Shown here: positions 38,752 through 47,946 of the stretch, one piece after another
How positions within the stretch are numbered: position 1 is the stretch's first letter
How the letters are laid out: each line of letters begins with the position of its first letter
Assembly: GCA_016196885.1 (NCBI GenBank)
Contig: JACPWU010000002.1
Coordinates: 22,358 to 86,357 of the forward strand
Origin: Chlamydiota bacterium
Lineage (GTDB): Bacteria > Auribacterota > JACPWU01
Length of the DNA stretch: 64,000 bases
Direction of reading: 5' to 3'
Position numbers and translations under genes: made by a program
The notes under the pieces: generated by a model
Told to the model about the DNA's origin: nothing
Seen by the model: only the letters and a program-made list of their open reading frames with translations
Databases searched by the model: none

Positions 38752-40095
38752 ATGACCCATTTGAGTTCTATTTTTCCGTTTAGAGGGGTGGGTGTGAATT
38801 TCAAAGATCGAGTTAAAGAACGTGATATTTGTGTGGGTGTGATTGGTTTGGGCTATGTGGGTCTTCCTTTGGCGGTGGCTTTTGCCGAAGCTGGATTTCA
38901 TACCTTGGGATTTGATCTTCTCAAAGAGAAAGTAGCCAAGATCAATCAAGGCCTTTCTTATATTCCGGATGTTGCAAAAAATCGTTTGAGGCCTCTCGTC
39001 AAAAAGGGTCTTCTCGAGGCCACTTCTGACTTTTCCCGTCTTCGAGAAGTGGATGCCATCAGCATTTGTGTTCCGACCCCTTTGAGGAAAACCAAAGATC
39101 CTGATATCTCTCATATCATTCAGTCTGTCGAGGCTGTGGCTCAATATTTAAGGAAAGGGCAATTGGTTGTTCTGGAAAGCACGACTTATCCGGGAACGAC
39201 AGAGGAGGTGGTTTTGCCAATTCTAGAGGGAAAAGGCAAAAAGGTAGGAAAAGATTTTTTTCTGGCTTTTTCTCCTGAGCGAATTGATCCTGGCAATGCG
39301 CATTATGAGACGCGAAATATTCCAAAGATTATCGGGGGTATGACACCCCTTTGTACAGAGCGGGCAAAGACTTTGTATGAGAGCATCGTTGTTCAAGTCG
39401 TAAGTGTTTCTTCCACCCAAGTCGCAGAGATGGTAAAGCTTCTTGAGAATACCTTTCGTGCGGTGAACATTGGTCTTGTGAATGAGATGGCCATTCTGTG
39501 CCATAAAATGCGTATTGATATGTGGGAGGTGATTGAAGGGGCACGGACGAAACCCTTTGGATTCATGGCTTTTTATCCAGGCCCTGGCTTGGGGGGACAT
39601 TGCATTCCGGTGGATCCCATTTATCTTTCCTGGAAGGCAAAACTCATTAATTCTGAAGCCCGGTTCATTGATTTGGCTGCGCAAGTGAATGGCCAAATGC
39701 CTCATCATGTGAGGGATTTGGTGGTGGAGGGTTTGAATCGGGAGAAAAAGGCGCTTAATGGCGCCAAGATTTTGATTTTGGGCGTCACCTACAAAAAAGA
39801 TGTGGATGATGTCAGAGAATCTCCTGCGCTTGATATTTGGAAATTGCTGTCAGAGGGAGGAGGGGACGTGTCTTATCACGATCCTTATGTTCCTCAACTT
39901 CGAATTGAACTGAAAACTTTTAAGTGTCAACCTCTGACGTCTAAAGTCTTAAAACAGGCAGACGCCGTTGTCATTATTTCCGATCACAGCGTGTTTAATT
40001 ATGCAAAAATTGTGAAAGAAGCCCGTCTTGTTGTAGATACCCGCCATGCGACTCGGAATGTGAAGAGTGGGCGAGATAAGATTGTGAAAATATAG
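38752..40095 (+). CDS. Nucleotide-sugar dehydrogenase (UDP-glucose/GDP-mannose dehydrogenase family)
   Basis: Rossmann GVIGLGYVGLPLAVAFAEAG; catalytic-Cys region GPGLGGHCIPVDP. True start may be the GTG about 40 nt downstream of 38752. Confidence 0.8.
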   Translation: MTHLSSIFPFRGVGVNFKDRVKERDICVGVIGLGYVGLPLAVAFAEAGFHTLGFDLLKEKVAKINQGLSYIPDVAKNRLRPLVKKGLLEATSDFSRLREVDAISICVPTPLRKTKDPDISHIIQSVEAVAQYLRKGQLVVLESTTYPGTTEEVVLPILEGKGKKVGKDFFLAFSPERIDPGNAHYETRNIPKIIGGMTPLCTERAKTLYESIVVQVVSVSSTQVAEMVKLLENTFRAVNIGLVNEMAILCHKMRIDMWEVIEGARTKPFGFMAFYPGPGLGGHCIPVDPIYLSWKAKLINSEARFIDLAAQVNGQMPHHVRDLVVEGLNREKKALNGAKILILGVTYKKDVDDVRESPALDIWKLLSEGGGDVSYHDPYVPQLRIELKTFKCQPLTSKVLKQADAVVIISDHSVFNYAKIVKEARLVVDTRHATRNVKSGRDKIVKI

Positions 40096-40118
40096 ATTAT
40101 TTTAAGTGCCCAGGCTTG

Positions 40119-40236
40119 TGCATTTGACTCAAATGTCGTCTATTTGTAGTCGCCCCATTCATGGGGCAATGTGTGGATTGCCCGATAAATCGGGCGACTA
40201 CGCTTGACGGATCAAGGATACTTGAGTCAAGTGTAT
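40119..40236. repeat. R2 repeat element, copy 1 (MITE-like; TIR ...ttgactcaa / ttgagtcaa...)
   Basis: Core gtcgtctatttgtagtcgccccattcatgggg...attgcccgataaatcgggcgactacgcttgacggatcaaggatacttgag. 10-bp stem gtagtcgccc/gggcgactac. About 90% identical to the copy at 59287-59425. Confidence 0.6.
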
Positions 40237-40243
40237 AAGCATA

Positions 40244-40600
40244 TTAAGTGTGAATCAACAGTTTTAATTCGCTCGCATGTGCAAATCGTTTGAAGTCCTG
40301 ATCTCTTGTAATTAAAGGAATTCCGTGGGCTAGGCAACTTTGGGCGATGAGTGTATCTGCCAGACGGGCCTTTTCTCCTTTGGCGAGTAGATGAGATCTT
40401 AAGAAACCGGCTCTTTCCCAATAACCTTGGTCAGAGACTAAGAAATATATTTTTTTCTTGCCCCTTGCCGCTTGCTGCTTGACCCTTGCCTTATGACCCT
40501 GTATTGTCATTCGTTTGGGGTGTTTGCCAGCTTTCGGAATCATTGGTATGATGATGCCCATCGGGGCATTTCTTTTTGCGGTGTTTGTGGCAGATCCCAT
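40244..40600 (-). pseudogene. Degraded PIN-domain (VapC-like) toxin remnant
   Basis: Only the C-terminal about 60 aa (ADTLIAQSCLAHGIPLITRDQDFKRFA) looks PIN-like. N-terminal part is low-complexity and runs through a word repeat (ttgccccttgccgcttgctgcttgaccc). No partner antitoxin. Confidence 0.45.
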
Positions 40601-40617
40601 ACAAGAGAAAACTAAAT

Positions 40618-41361
40618 ATGAACGAGCTTAAAAAAATTTTTCAAGAAATTTACAATCGCCTGATTTTGGAAAAACAGTCAGGGAAGAAAACCCTTTTTCT
40701 TCCGACCTTTTCAGAAAATTCTAAACTTTTTGCTGAAGGGGAGAAAGTTGAAAGGGTAACCGCTTCTGGGAAAGTAGAAATGTTGGGACATCGGCCTGTG
40801 GTTCAGATTGCATCGTCTTTTCGAGAGTTTCGTGAAAAGGTTTTGAAATGTGAGCGTTGTGCTTTAGCCGGGGGCAGAACCCAGGTTGTTTTTGGCACGG
40901 GCAATGAAAAGGCCTCTTTGCTTTTTGTAGGGGAGGCGCCTGGATTTGATGAAGACCGTCTGGGAGAGCCTTTTGTGGGTAAGGCGGGACAGCTTCTGAC
41001 AAAGATGATTGAGGCGATGGGGCTTAAAAGAGAGGATGTTTACATTGCCAATATTATTAAATGTCGTCCGCCTAACAACCGTACACCAGAGCCTTCAGAA
41101 ATTGAGCAGTGTTATCCCTATCTTTTGGAACAGATTCGGCGTATTTCTCCAAAGGTGATTTGTGCCTTGGGGAATGTCGCTGCGCAGACCCTGCTCGGAA
41201 CAGAAAAGACGATTACGAGATTAAGGGGCCTTTTTCAGGATTGGAATGGAATTAAATTAATGCCCACTTTTCATCCCTCTTATCTCCTTAGAAATCCGGA
41301 GTACAAACGCGAGGTTTGGAGAGATTTACAGTGGGTGATGAAGGAGTTAGTAAGCGCGTAA
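40618..41361 (+). CDS. Uracil-DNA glycosylase, family 4
   Basis: Start at ATG 40618 (MNELKK). CERCALAGGRTQVVFGTGN...LFVGEAPG...GEPFVGKAG...HPSYLLRNP are family-4 UDG motifs. Confidence 0.8.
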   Translation: MNELKKIFQEIYNRLILEKQSGKKTLFLPTFSENSKLFAEGEKVERVTASGKVEMLGHRPVVQIASSFREFREKVLKCERCALAGGRTQVVFGTGNEKASLLFVGEAPGFDEDRLGEPFVGKAGQLLTKMIEAMGLKREDVYIANIIKCRPPNNRTPEPSEIEQCYPYLLEQIRRISPKVICALGNVAAQTLLGTEKTITRLRGLFQDWNGIKLMPTFHPSYLLRNPEYKREVWRDLQWVMKELVSA

Positions 41362-41458
41362 GTGTCTAAGTGCTTAGGTGCTTAAGTTGAAAAGGAAATA
41401 AATTTATTCCTTATTAACTTAAGCACTTAGACACTTATCAACTTAAGCACTCACATGT
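41362..41458. repeat. Word hairpin (GTGCTTAAGTTG / CTTAAGCACTTAGACAC)
   Basis: gcgtaagtgtctaagtgcttaggtgcttaagttg...caacttaagcacttagacacttatcaacttaagcactcac, after the UDG stop. Confidence 0.5.
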
Positions 41459-41464
41459 ATTCTT

Positions 41465-43462
41465 ATGAACTACGCCCGTCTTTTTTTTGAAGTTCCATTA
41501 AAGCAAGGTTTTGATTACCTCATTCCTGAACACTTGCGATCCCAGGTGGTGGAAGGTTCTCGCGTCTTGGCCCCTTTCGGTCGCGCGAGGAAGTGGGGTT
41601 ATGTGAAGGAACTTTTAGTCAAGCCGGATGTATCTGAAGTGAAAGAAATTTTAGAAATTGCAGAAGGCCCTCCCGTTTTTACGCCTGCCCTTTTTCAATT
41701 GGCCCAGTGGATGAGCGATTATTACCTTTCTCCTCTGGGCATGGTTTTGAGAACGATGTTGCCCGGTCCATTTCGAAAATTTCGTTCAGCGACATCGAGA
41801 GTGAAGGAGACTCTTTTCGAAGAAGAAAATGAAATGGAGTCCCCTCATCTCTTGAATGAAGAACAGAAAAAGGCCCAAGGGCTTATTTTTAAAAGATTAG
41901 ATGAAGCCATTTTTTCCGTGGTTCTCATTCATGGTGTGACGGGCAGTGGAAAAACGGAGCTCTATCTTTCGAGTATTGAAAAAGTCTTGGCCCAAGGAAA
42001 AGATGTGATTGTGCTGGTGCCTGAAATTTCTTTGACGCCACAAACAGTAGAGCGGGTAAAAAATCGCTTTGGTAAAATTGTGGCCTTGATGCACAGCCGC
42101 ATGAGCGAGGGGGAGCGCGTTAAGGAATGGGAGAGAATTCAAAGGGGTGAGGCCCGCATTGGGGTAGGGCCTCGTTCTGCGGTGTTTGCGCCTTTTCGGA
42201 ATTTAGGTCTGATCATTGTGGATGAAGAGCATGAGCGTACCTATAAACAAGAAGAAATGCCGCGTTATCAGGGTCGGGATGTCGCGATCATGCGGGCCAA
42301 GTTCGAAAGGGCCGTGGTGCTTTTGGGATCGGCGACTCCGGCTTTGGAGTCCTATTTTAACGCAGAACAGGGAAAATACGATCTTGTGACTCTTTTGAAG
42401 CGCGTGATGAACCGGCCCATGCCGGAGGTGCGAGTTGTGGACATGCGCAAAGAATCAGAAGCTTATGGACGACTTATTTCTTTTTCCAAAACGTTAAGTG
42501 ATGAGATCAATGAACGGCTGAAGCGTCGGGAGCAAGTGATTCTATTTTTAAATCGTCGCGGCTATGCCCCCATGGTTTTATGTCCCAAATGTGGTCATGT
42601 CATTATTTGCGTGGAGTGCGATCAGGCAATGACCTATCATCGGAACAGAGAATACATGCTTTGCCATCTATGTGAATCTCAAATTCCCATTCCTCAAAAG
42701 TGTCCGAAATGCGAGCATCCTAGGCTTCATCGCTTGGGGGTGGGAACGCAGCGCATTGAAACCCATTTGGAAAAAATTTTGCCTCATGCGACGCTTCGCC
42801 GCATGGATACGGACTCGACACGGACTAAAGATGCGCATGAAAAAATTCTACAGTCTTTTCGATCAGGGGAGGTTCAAATCCTGGTGGGAACCCAGATGAT
42901 TGCGAAGGGGCTAGATTTCCCAAATGTCACTTTGGTGGGGGTGATGAGTGCAGATGTGGCCATGAGTCTTCCGGATTTCAGAATGGGCGAGCATACGTTT
43001 CAGTTGTTAACCCAGGTGGCAGGCCGCTCAGGAAGGGGAGACAAAAAGGGGGTGGTGTTGATTCAGACGCTCACGCCCTTTCATCCTGTGATTCGAGCGG
43101 CGATGGCGCAAGATTATTTACAATTTTATAAAAGCGAATTGGTTTATCGCAAACAGTTGGTCTATCCTCCTTTTTCGCGCATTGTCTCCATGGAATTTGA
43201 AGGCAAGCCTGAGCCCAAGGTCATTCAGGTGGCGAAAGAAATGAGCGTCTTAGTCAAAAAACATCTTCCCTCCTCAACTCGCGTTTTCGGTCCTCATCAA
43301 GCGCCCATTTCCAAGATCAAAGGAAAATTCCGCTGGCAAATCATTCTTTTTTATCCGCGTGGCCAATCCATTCATGAACCTTTGAGACGGGTTCTGGATG
43401 ATTTTAATCAGGATAGATTAGTGAAGGTGATGATCGACGTGGATCCGGTGAGTTTGATTTAG
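41465..43462 (+). CDS. priA: Primosomal protein N' (replication restart helicase)
   Basis: 665 aa; Walker A HGVTGSGKTELY, DExH IVDEEHE, Cys4 zinc fingers (CPKCGH...CVECD...CHLCES...CPKC). Confidence 0.9.
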   Translation: MNYARLFFEVPLKQGFDYLIPEHLRSQVVEGSRVLAPFGRARKWGYVKELLVKPDVSEVKEILEIAEGPPVFTPALFQLAQWMSDYYLSPLGMVLRTMLPGPFRKFRSATSRVKETLFEEENEMESPHLLNEEQKKAQGLIFKRLDEAIFSVVLIHGVTGSGKTELYLSSIEKVLAQGKDVIVLVPEISLTPQTVERVKNRFGKIVALMHSRMSEGERVKEWERIQRGEARIGVGPRSAVFAPFRNLGLIIVDEEHERTYKQEEMPRYQGRDVAIMRAKFERAVVLLGSATPALESYFNAEQGKYDLVTLLKRVMNRPMPEVRVVDMRKESEAYGRLISFSKTLSDEINERLKRREQVILFLNRRGYAPMVLCPKCGHVIICVECDQAMTYHRNREYMLCHLCESQIPIPQKCPKCEHPRLHRLGVGTQRIETHLEKILPHATLRRMDTDSTRTKDAHEKILQSFRSGEVQILVGTQMIAKGLDFPNVTLVGVMSADVAMSLPDFRMGEHTFQLLTQVAGRSGRGDKKGVVLIQTLTPFHPVIRAAMAQDYLQFYKSELVYRKQLVYPPFSRIVSMEFEGKPEPKVIQVAKEMSVLVKKHLPSSTRVFGPHQAPISKIKGKFRWQIILFYPRGQSIHEPLRRVLDDFNQDRLVKVMIDVDPVSLI

Positions 43463-43472
43463 ATTTTTATCC

Positions 43473-43672
43473 CATTGTGAGTCCTGCCCCTCCTCATCCA
43501 GCAAAGGAGGTTTTTCTGCCAGTGGCAGAAAAAAGCCGACTGCGGTAGTAAATGTTCTTTTTCCTCTGTCCCCATCGATGGCATCGGCTTCGTTAATGGT
43601 TTTTTGTTTAAGTCTTATGTCTCAGCCTGCTGGCACTCGATGGGGGACCCCCAGTCGGGTCACCCACAATGT
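43473..43672. repeat. R1 repeat element, copy C (TIR cattgtgagt / acccacaatg)
   Basis: gtcctgcccctcctcatcc ... cagcctgctggcactcgatgggggacccccagtcgggtcaccc. Starts 10 nt after the priA stop. Confidence 0.6.
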
Positions 43673-43763
43673 GATAAAAAAGGGGTGGTGTGGTAAAAAA
43701 AATCATCTCAAAATTAATAATCATACTATGATTGTATGATAAATAATGACGTATGAGAGGTGA

Positions 43764-43964
43764 ATGATGAAGATTACAACATATATTGATGGAGATCTCT
43801 TGAAGCGGGCTTTAAAGGAAACAGGATCTCATTCTCAGCGTGAGGTGATTGAGACAGGTCTCAGAAATCTCTTAGCTGATTTTAAAAGAAAGCGTTTTGT
43901 GAAGGATTTTAATAACCTGCGCCTCAATCTTTCTCTGGAAACCCTTAAAAAAGAGCGTTCATGA
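43764..43964 (+). CDS. VapB-like type II antitoxin (DUF2191-like), orphan
   Basis: 66 aa; MMKITTYIDGDLLKRALKETGSHSQREVIETGLRNLL. Its stop overlaps an ATG (tcATGa) that opens only a 23-codon ORF, which looks like a decayed toxin. Confidence 0.5.
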   Translation: MMKITTYIDGDLLKRALKETGSHSQREVIETGLRNLLADFKRKRFVKDFNNLRLNLSLETLKKERS

Positions 43965-44075
43965 CAAAGCTATCTTTCTTCATGCAGACATCGATTTTGA
44001 CCGAATTGCTAAAATTTGCTCTCCACAGGTAGAGAGCTGTGTCAAAGAAACACGAGAGTAATAGGTTGAGTAAAT

Positions 44076-45470
44076 TTATTTCTGATACGCCTTCTGAACC
44101 CTCTGTGAGACGTCTTTGTAGGCGATGTCGACTTCGAAGATTTTTTTGTATTCCATGACGGCTTTGGGGATTTGATTCATGGCTTCGTAGACGAGGCCTA
44201 GATGGTAGAGGACGTCTTTTTTGAAGGCGTCCATGTCTGTGAGTTCTTCGGAAACTTTTAACAGTTGTTTTTCGGCCAGGTCATAAAATTTTTTCTCAAG
44301 GAAGCACAGACCCAGATAATAAAGGGCTTTGAGCCTTTTCTGAGGATCCTTCGCAGCTTGCTGAAATTCCTGGATGGCATGATCGAACTGCCCTGCTCCA
44401 TAGTAAAGACTCCCCAGTTCGTAACGGTAAGGCAGTTGGTTAGGGTAGCGTTCGACCCGCTTTTTGCATTCTAAAAGGGCCATTTCACTTTTTTGCTTTT
44501 CGAGTTCTTGAATTTGTTGGGTGAGGGACGCATCCGTTGATTTTTTCGCGAATTCATTGCGGAGTCTAAAAAGTTTTTCTTCTGTTTTTCTGAGTGTCAA
44601 AATCGAGACTTGTTGAGCAAATCCGCCATCTGAAGGAAGAAGCTTGGCCAATTTTTCATAAGTGGCGATGGCGTGATCGTATTCTTTCCCTTGTTCATAG
44701 AACTTGGCCAATTCGCGTAATAAAGAAGTGTTATCCGGTTGATTCTGCAATTTTTTCTGAAGATCAGCCACCAAGAGTGTCAAATCCTCTTCGCTTTTCA
44801 CAACCCGGCCCTGGGTTTCCAGAAGGTTTGCCTCTTTCTCATCCCTGATTTTGTTCCGATAAGTCGAGGTGTCCGACCATTGTCCCTGTTGAATGGTGCG
44901 CATGGCCTCAATGTCCTTGAATCCTTTGGCGGCCACTGGATCGGATGAATTTTTCTTGAGCGCTTCTTGAAAATATTTTTTGGACTTTTCAAAATTTCCT
45001 TCCTTAAGATGGAGCTGAGCCAGTTGGTTTAAGACAGAGGTGTCTTGGGGGCAGAGTTTTCTCAAAATTTCAAAGGTGTCTTGCGCCGTTTGCGTCCAGC
45101 CTAAGAGAAGGGCGGTGAGGGCCAGTTTTTTTAAGGCATAGATGTTTGTCGGATCAATTTTCAAAATAAGTTCCAGTGTTTGGGTTATGGCCAAATCTCT
45201 TTTTCTCATTTCTTGAATAAAAAGAAGACCCCATAAGGGAAGGGTAAAAATCCATTGAAAAACTTTTTTTGGGAGGAGAAATTTTCCGCTTTCCGCTTTT
45301 TGAAGCTGAAGCGTTCTAAGAAGAGCCCTCGCCTTGTGAAAATCAGGGTAAGAGAGGAGAAGATTCTTGAGCAGCGTGGAGGCATATTTGAAATGGCCCA
45401 TGTTGTAGGCCTCTTTCGCCTTCTCATAGAAATCAGTCGCTCTTTGAGATATTTCGTGCTGAGATCCCAT
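44076..45470 (-). CDS. TPR-repeat protein
   Basis: 464 aa; multiple 34-aa TPR-like units with W/LG/Y/A/F/A/P periodicity, e.g. AIATYEKLAKLLP and AIQEFQQAAKDPQ. Confidence 0.7.
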   Translation of the reverse strand: MGSQHEISQRATDFYEKAKEAYNMGHFKYASTLLKNLLLSYPDFHKARALLRTLQLQKAESGKFLLPKKVFQWIFTLPLWGLLFIQEMRKRDLAITQTLELILKIDPTNIYALKKLALTALLLGWTQTAQDTFEILRKLCPQDTSVLNQLAQLHLKEGNFEKSKKYFQEALKKNSSDPVAAKGFKDIEAMRTIQQGQWSDTSTYRNKIRDEKEANLLETQGRVVKSEEDLTLLVADLQKKLQNQPDNTSLLRELAKFYEQGKEYDHAIATYEKLAKLLPSDGGFAQQVSILTLRKTEEKLFRLRNEFAKKSTDASLTQQIQELEKQKSEMALLECKKRVERYPNQLPYRYELGSLYYGAGQFDHAIQEFQQAAKDPQKRLKALYYLGLCFLEKKFYDLAEKQLLKVSEELTDMDAFKKDVLYHLGLVYEAMNQIPKAVMEYKKIFEVDIAYKDVSQRVQKAYQK

Positions 45471-45561
45471 TCCCTATCCTTTGCGATAAGTTTGTGTCAA
45501 TGAATATTTTCTCTAAATTCTAAAAGACGAGTCTAGAGAAGGTATGATATCATAAAGCCCT

Positions 45562-46107
45562 ATGATTCGAGAAATTCGTTTATACGGGGATCCTGTTTTG
45601 AGGCGCAAGGCTGAAGAGGTGAAGGCCTTTGATGCGCGGCTCAAGGCCCTCGTCCAGGATATGTTTGAGACCATGGAGGATGCGGGTGGAGTCGGGCTTG
45701 CGGCTCCACAGATTGGGATTTCCCAAAGGATTTTTGTGATTGATTTAAAGGGTCCCGCGACGCGTTTAGGGGTGATCAATCCTCATCTAAAAATATCGGG
45801 TCCTTTGATCAAGGGATCAGAGGGGTGCCTTTCCATCCCTGGAATTTCTGCTCAGGTGGCCAGGCCAGCGCATGTGCATCTTCAGGCGATGGATGAGGAG
45901 GGAAGGCCTTTTGAACTCGAGGCCGAGGGGCTCATGAGCCGGGCCCTGCAGCATGAATTGGATCATTTGGACGGCATTTTCTTTCTGGACCGCCTCAGTT
46001 TAACGCAGAGATCTCTCCTTTTAACAAAGGTCAAGCGGCTGGAGAAAGAGGTCGCTGCGGGTCACAAGGTGGAGAGGCCCCGGGAAAACGCCGAGAGTGT
46101 TCTTTAA
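45562..46107 (+). CDS. def: Peptide deformylase
   Basis: GVGLAAPQIG, EGCLSIPG and HELDHLDG motifs. Confidence 0.9.
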   Translation: MIREIRLYGDPVLRRKAEEVKAFDARLKALVQDMFETMEDAGGVGLAAPQIGISQRIFVIDLKGPATRLGVINPHLKISGPLIKGSEGCLSIPGISAQVARPAHVHLQAMDEEGRPFELEAEGLMSRALQHELDHLDGIFFLDRLSLTQRSLLLTKVKRLEKEVAAGHKVERPRENAESVL

Positions 46108-46899
46108 ATGCGAGACACCTTCCTTTGCGTCTTTCTTCATTCCCTGAGAGGTTTTCGCTATGTCTCTCTTGTGGTTCCATGGTCCGGCAAGCGGATCTTT
46201 GGATACTTATGCTTTCTGGGGTTGTGTTTTTCGCTGGTGTTTCTTTTTTTTCAACTTTCTCCTTTGATCAAGGGTCTAAACTCAACGACAGAATGGGCGA
46301 TTCATGAACTTCCGACGTTCAGAATTGAAAATGGGCATCTTCGAATTTTAGAAGAATCCTCTCCTAAAAAAGAATCAGAGTCCAAAAAAGTTTATCGTCC
46401 GGTATGGAATCAATCCTTTGCCCTTTGGTTGGATGAGAATGCTCAAGGTTCAGATTTAGCTCCTTACCCCTTTGGCATGATTTTGAAATCGGGCGAGATG
46501 ATTGTCAAAAGGGGACTCATGATTCAAAACGTTCACTATGGCCAGGATTTTTCTATCACCATTTCCCCGTATACCCTTCGGGAGGCTAGAGACATCCTCT
46601 TGTGGGTGTCTCCTCTTTTTCTCCTAGGGGCAGGCTGGTTCAATTTGGTTTTGATCAAGGGCCTGGAGGCCATTTTCTTAGGGACGTTGGCCTGTGTGGG
46701 GAGCCGGCTCTTTGGAAGAAAAATTTCCTGGAAATCCTCTTTTACCCTGGCTGTGGTGGCCTTAGCACCTGCTCTTCTTTTCTCATCGGTGCTGGGGATT
46801 TTTGGAATTTCCCTTCATTGGGGGAATCATTTTTATGATGGTCTTTATCTTCTCTTTTTTGGTGGGGCTTGTATTCAATGGGTGCGAGAGGTGAGATGA
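46108..46899 (+). CDS. Hypothetical integral membrane protein (possibly DUF1189-like) encoded between def and fmt
   Basis: 263 aa, several TM helices; wedged into the def-fmt operon. Confidence 0.45.
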   Translation: MRDTFLCVFLHSLRGFRYVSLVVPWSGKRIFGYLCFLGLCFSLVFLFFQLSPLIKGLNSTTEWAIHELPTFRIENGHLRILEESSPKKESESKKVYRPVWNQSFALWLDENAQGSDLAPYPFGMILKSGEMIVKRGLMIQNVHYGQDFSITISPYTLREARDILLWVSPLFLLGAGWFNLVLIKGLEAIFLGTLACVGSRLFGRKISWKSSFTLAVVALAPALLFSSVLGIFGISLHWGNHFYDGLYLLFFGGACIQWVREVR

Positions 46900-47834
46900 A
46901 AATTGTTTTTATGGGGACGCCGCACGTAGCGGCCCTGGCCTTGGAGGGGGTGGCAAGGCATTTTCCAATCACGGGGGTGGTGACTCAACCCGATCGGCCT
47001 CGAGGACGTGGGCTTCATGTTTTTCCCTCTCCTGTGAAGGAAATGGCCATTCGTTTGGGTCTTGCGGTTTTGGAACCCGTGAAAACAAGGGATCCCGTTT
47101 TTCTCGCAAATTTAAAAAGTTGGGCCCCTGATTTGATCGTGGTGGTGGCCTATGGTGGACTCTTGCCGCGCTCGGTTCTTGAAATTCCTTCCCTAGGTTG
47201 TGTGAACCTTCATTCTTCGCTTTTACCCAAATACCGCGGAGCGGCCCCGGTTCAATGGGCTTTTTTAAATGTGGAAAAGGAAACAGGATGGACCACTTTT
47301 TATCTTTCAGAGGGGATGGATTCTGGGGACATGATTCTTCAGAAAAAAATGTGGGTGCAACCTGAGGATGATGCCGCTTCTTTTTTTGAAAGGATGATTC
47401 CGTCAGGAATTGAATTGTTAAAAGAAACGATTCAGCAGGTTTTAAATGGAAGGGCGCCGCGCATCCCCCAAAATCATAGGGAGGCGACCCTCGCGCCTAA
47501 ATTAAGCAAGGCCGACGGAAAAATAGATTGGAATCAGTCGGCTGTTTCCCTTTGGAATCGGGTTCGCGGGCTTCTCCCCTGGCCTGTGGCCTTTACCTCC
47601 TTTGAATGGAAAGGGAAGTTGCATGAGTTACGCATTTTTAAGGCATCTGTCGAAACGGGAAAATCACCTGCGCCGGGTAAGATCTTAGAAATTCGTTTGG
47701 ATGGATTTTTGGTAGGGACGGGTCGGGATGCTTTATGGATTCAAGAAGTTCAGAAAGAAGGTTCTCGCCGGATGAGCGCGGAAGAATTTTTGAGAGGGCA
47801 TGCGATTGCGGTCGGGACTGTTTTAGGGAAATAA
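46899..47834 (+). CDS. fmt: Methionyl-tRNA formyltransferase
   Basis: Start at ATG 46899, overlapping the upstream TGA (MKIVFMGTP). HSSLLPKYRGAAPVQWA signature. Confidence 0.9.
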   Translation, partial: KIVFMGTPHVAALALEGVARHFPITGVVTQPDRPRGRGLHVFPSPVKEMAIRLGLAVLEPVKTRDPVFLANLKSWAPDLIVVVAYGGLLPRSVLEIPSLGCVNLHSSLLPKYRGAAPVQWAFLNVEKETGWTTFYLSEGMDSGDMILQKKMWVQPEDDAASFFERMIPSGIELLKETIQQVLNGRAPRIPQNHREATLAPKLSKADGKIDWNQSAVSLWNRVRGLLPWPVAFTSFEWKGKLHELRIFKASVETGKSPAPGKILEIRLDGFLVGTGRDALWIQEVQKEGSRRMSAEEFLRGHAIAVGTVLGK

Positions 47835-47940
47835 AACAAATTTCCAATAACAAATGTCAAATTAATTTCCAATTCTCCAATGACCCATTGGGGATTGGAG
47901 CATGGGTCATTCATTTGATATTTGTTATTGGAAATTGGTT
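47835..47940. repeat. CCAATGACC...GGGTCATTCATTTG element, copy 2
   Basis: tccaatgacccattggggattggagcatgggtcattcatttgatatttgttattggaaattgg, after the fmt stop. Confidence 0.55.
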
Positions 47941-47946
47941 ATTTCT

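Noticed and set aside
37511-43672. Possibility that the R1 copies are CRISPR repeats
   Set aside because: Copies are 150-200 bp, irregularly spaced at about 1 kb and 5 kb, and have variable interiors. There are no short uniform direct repeats with unique spacers and no cas genes.
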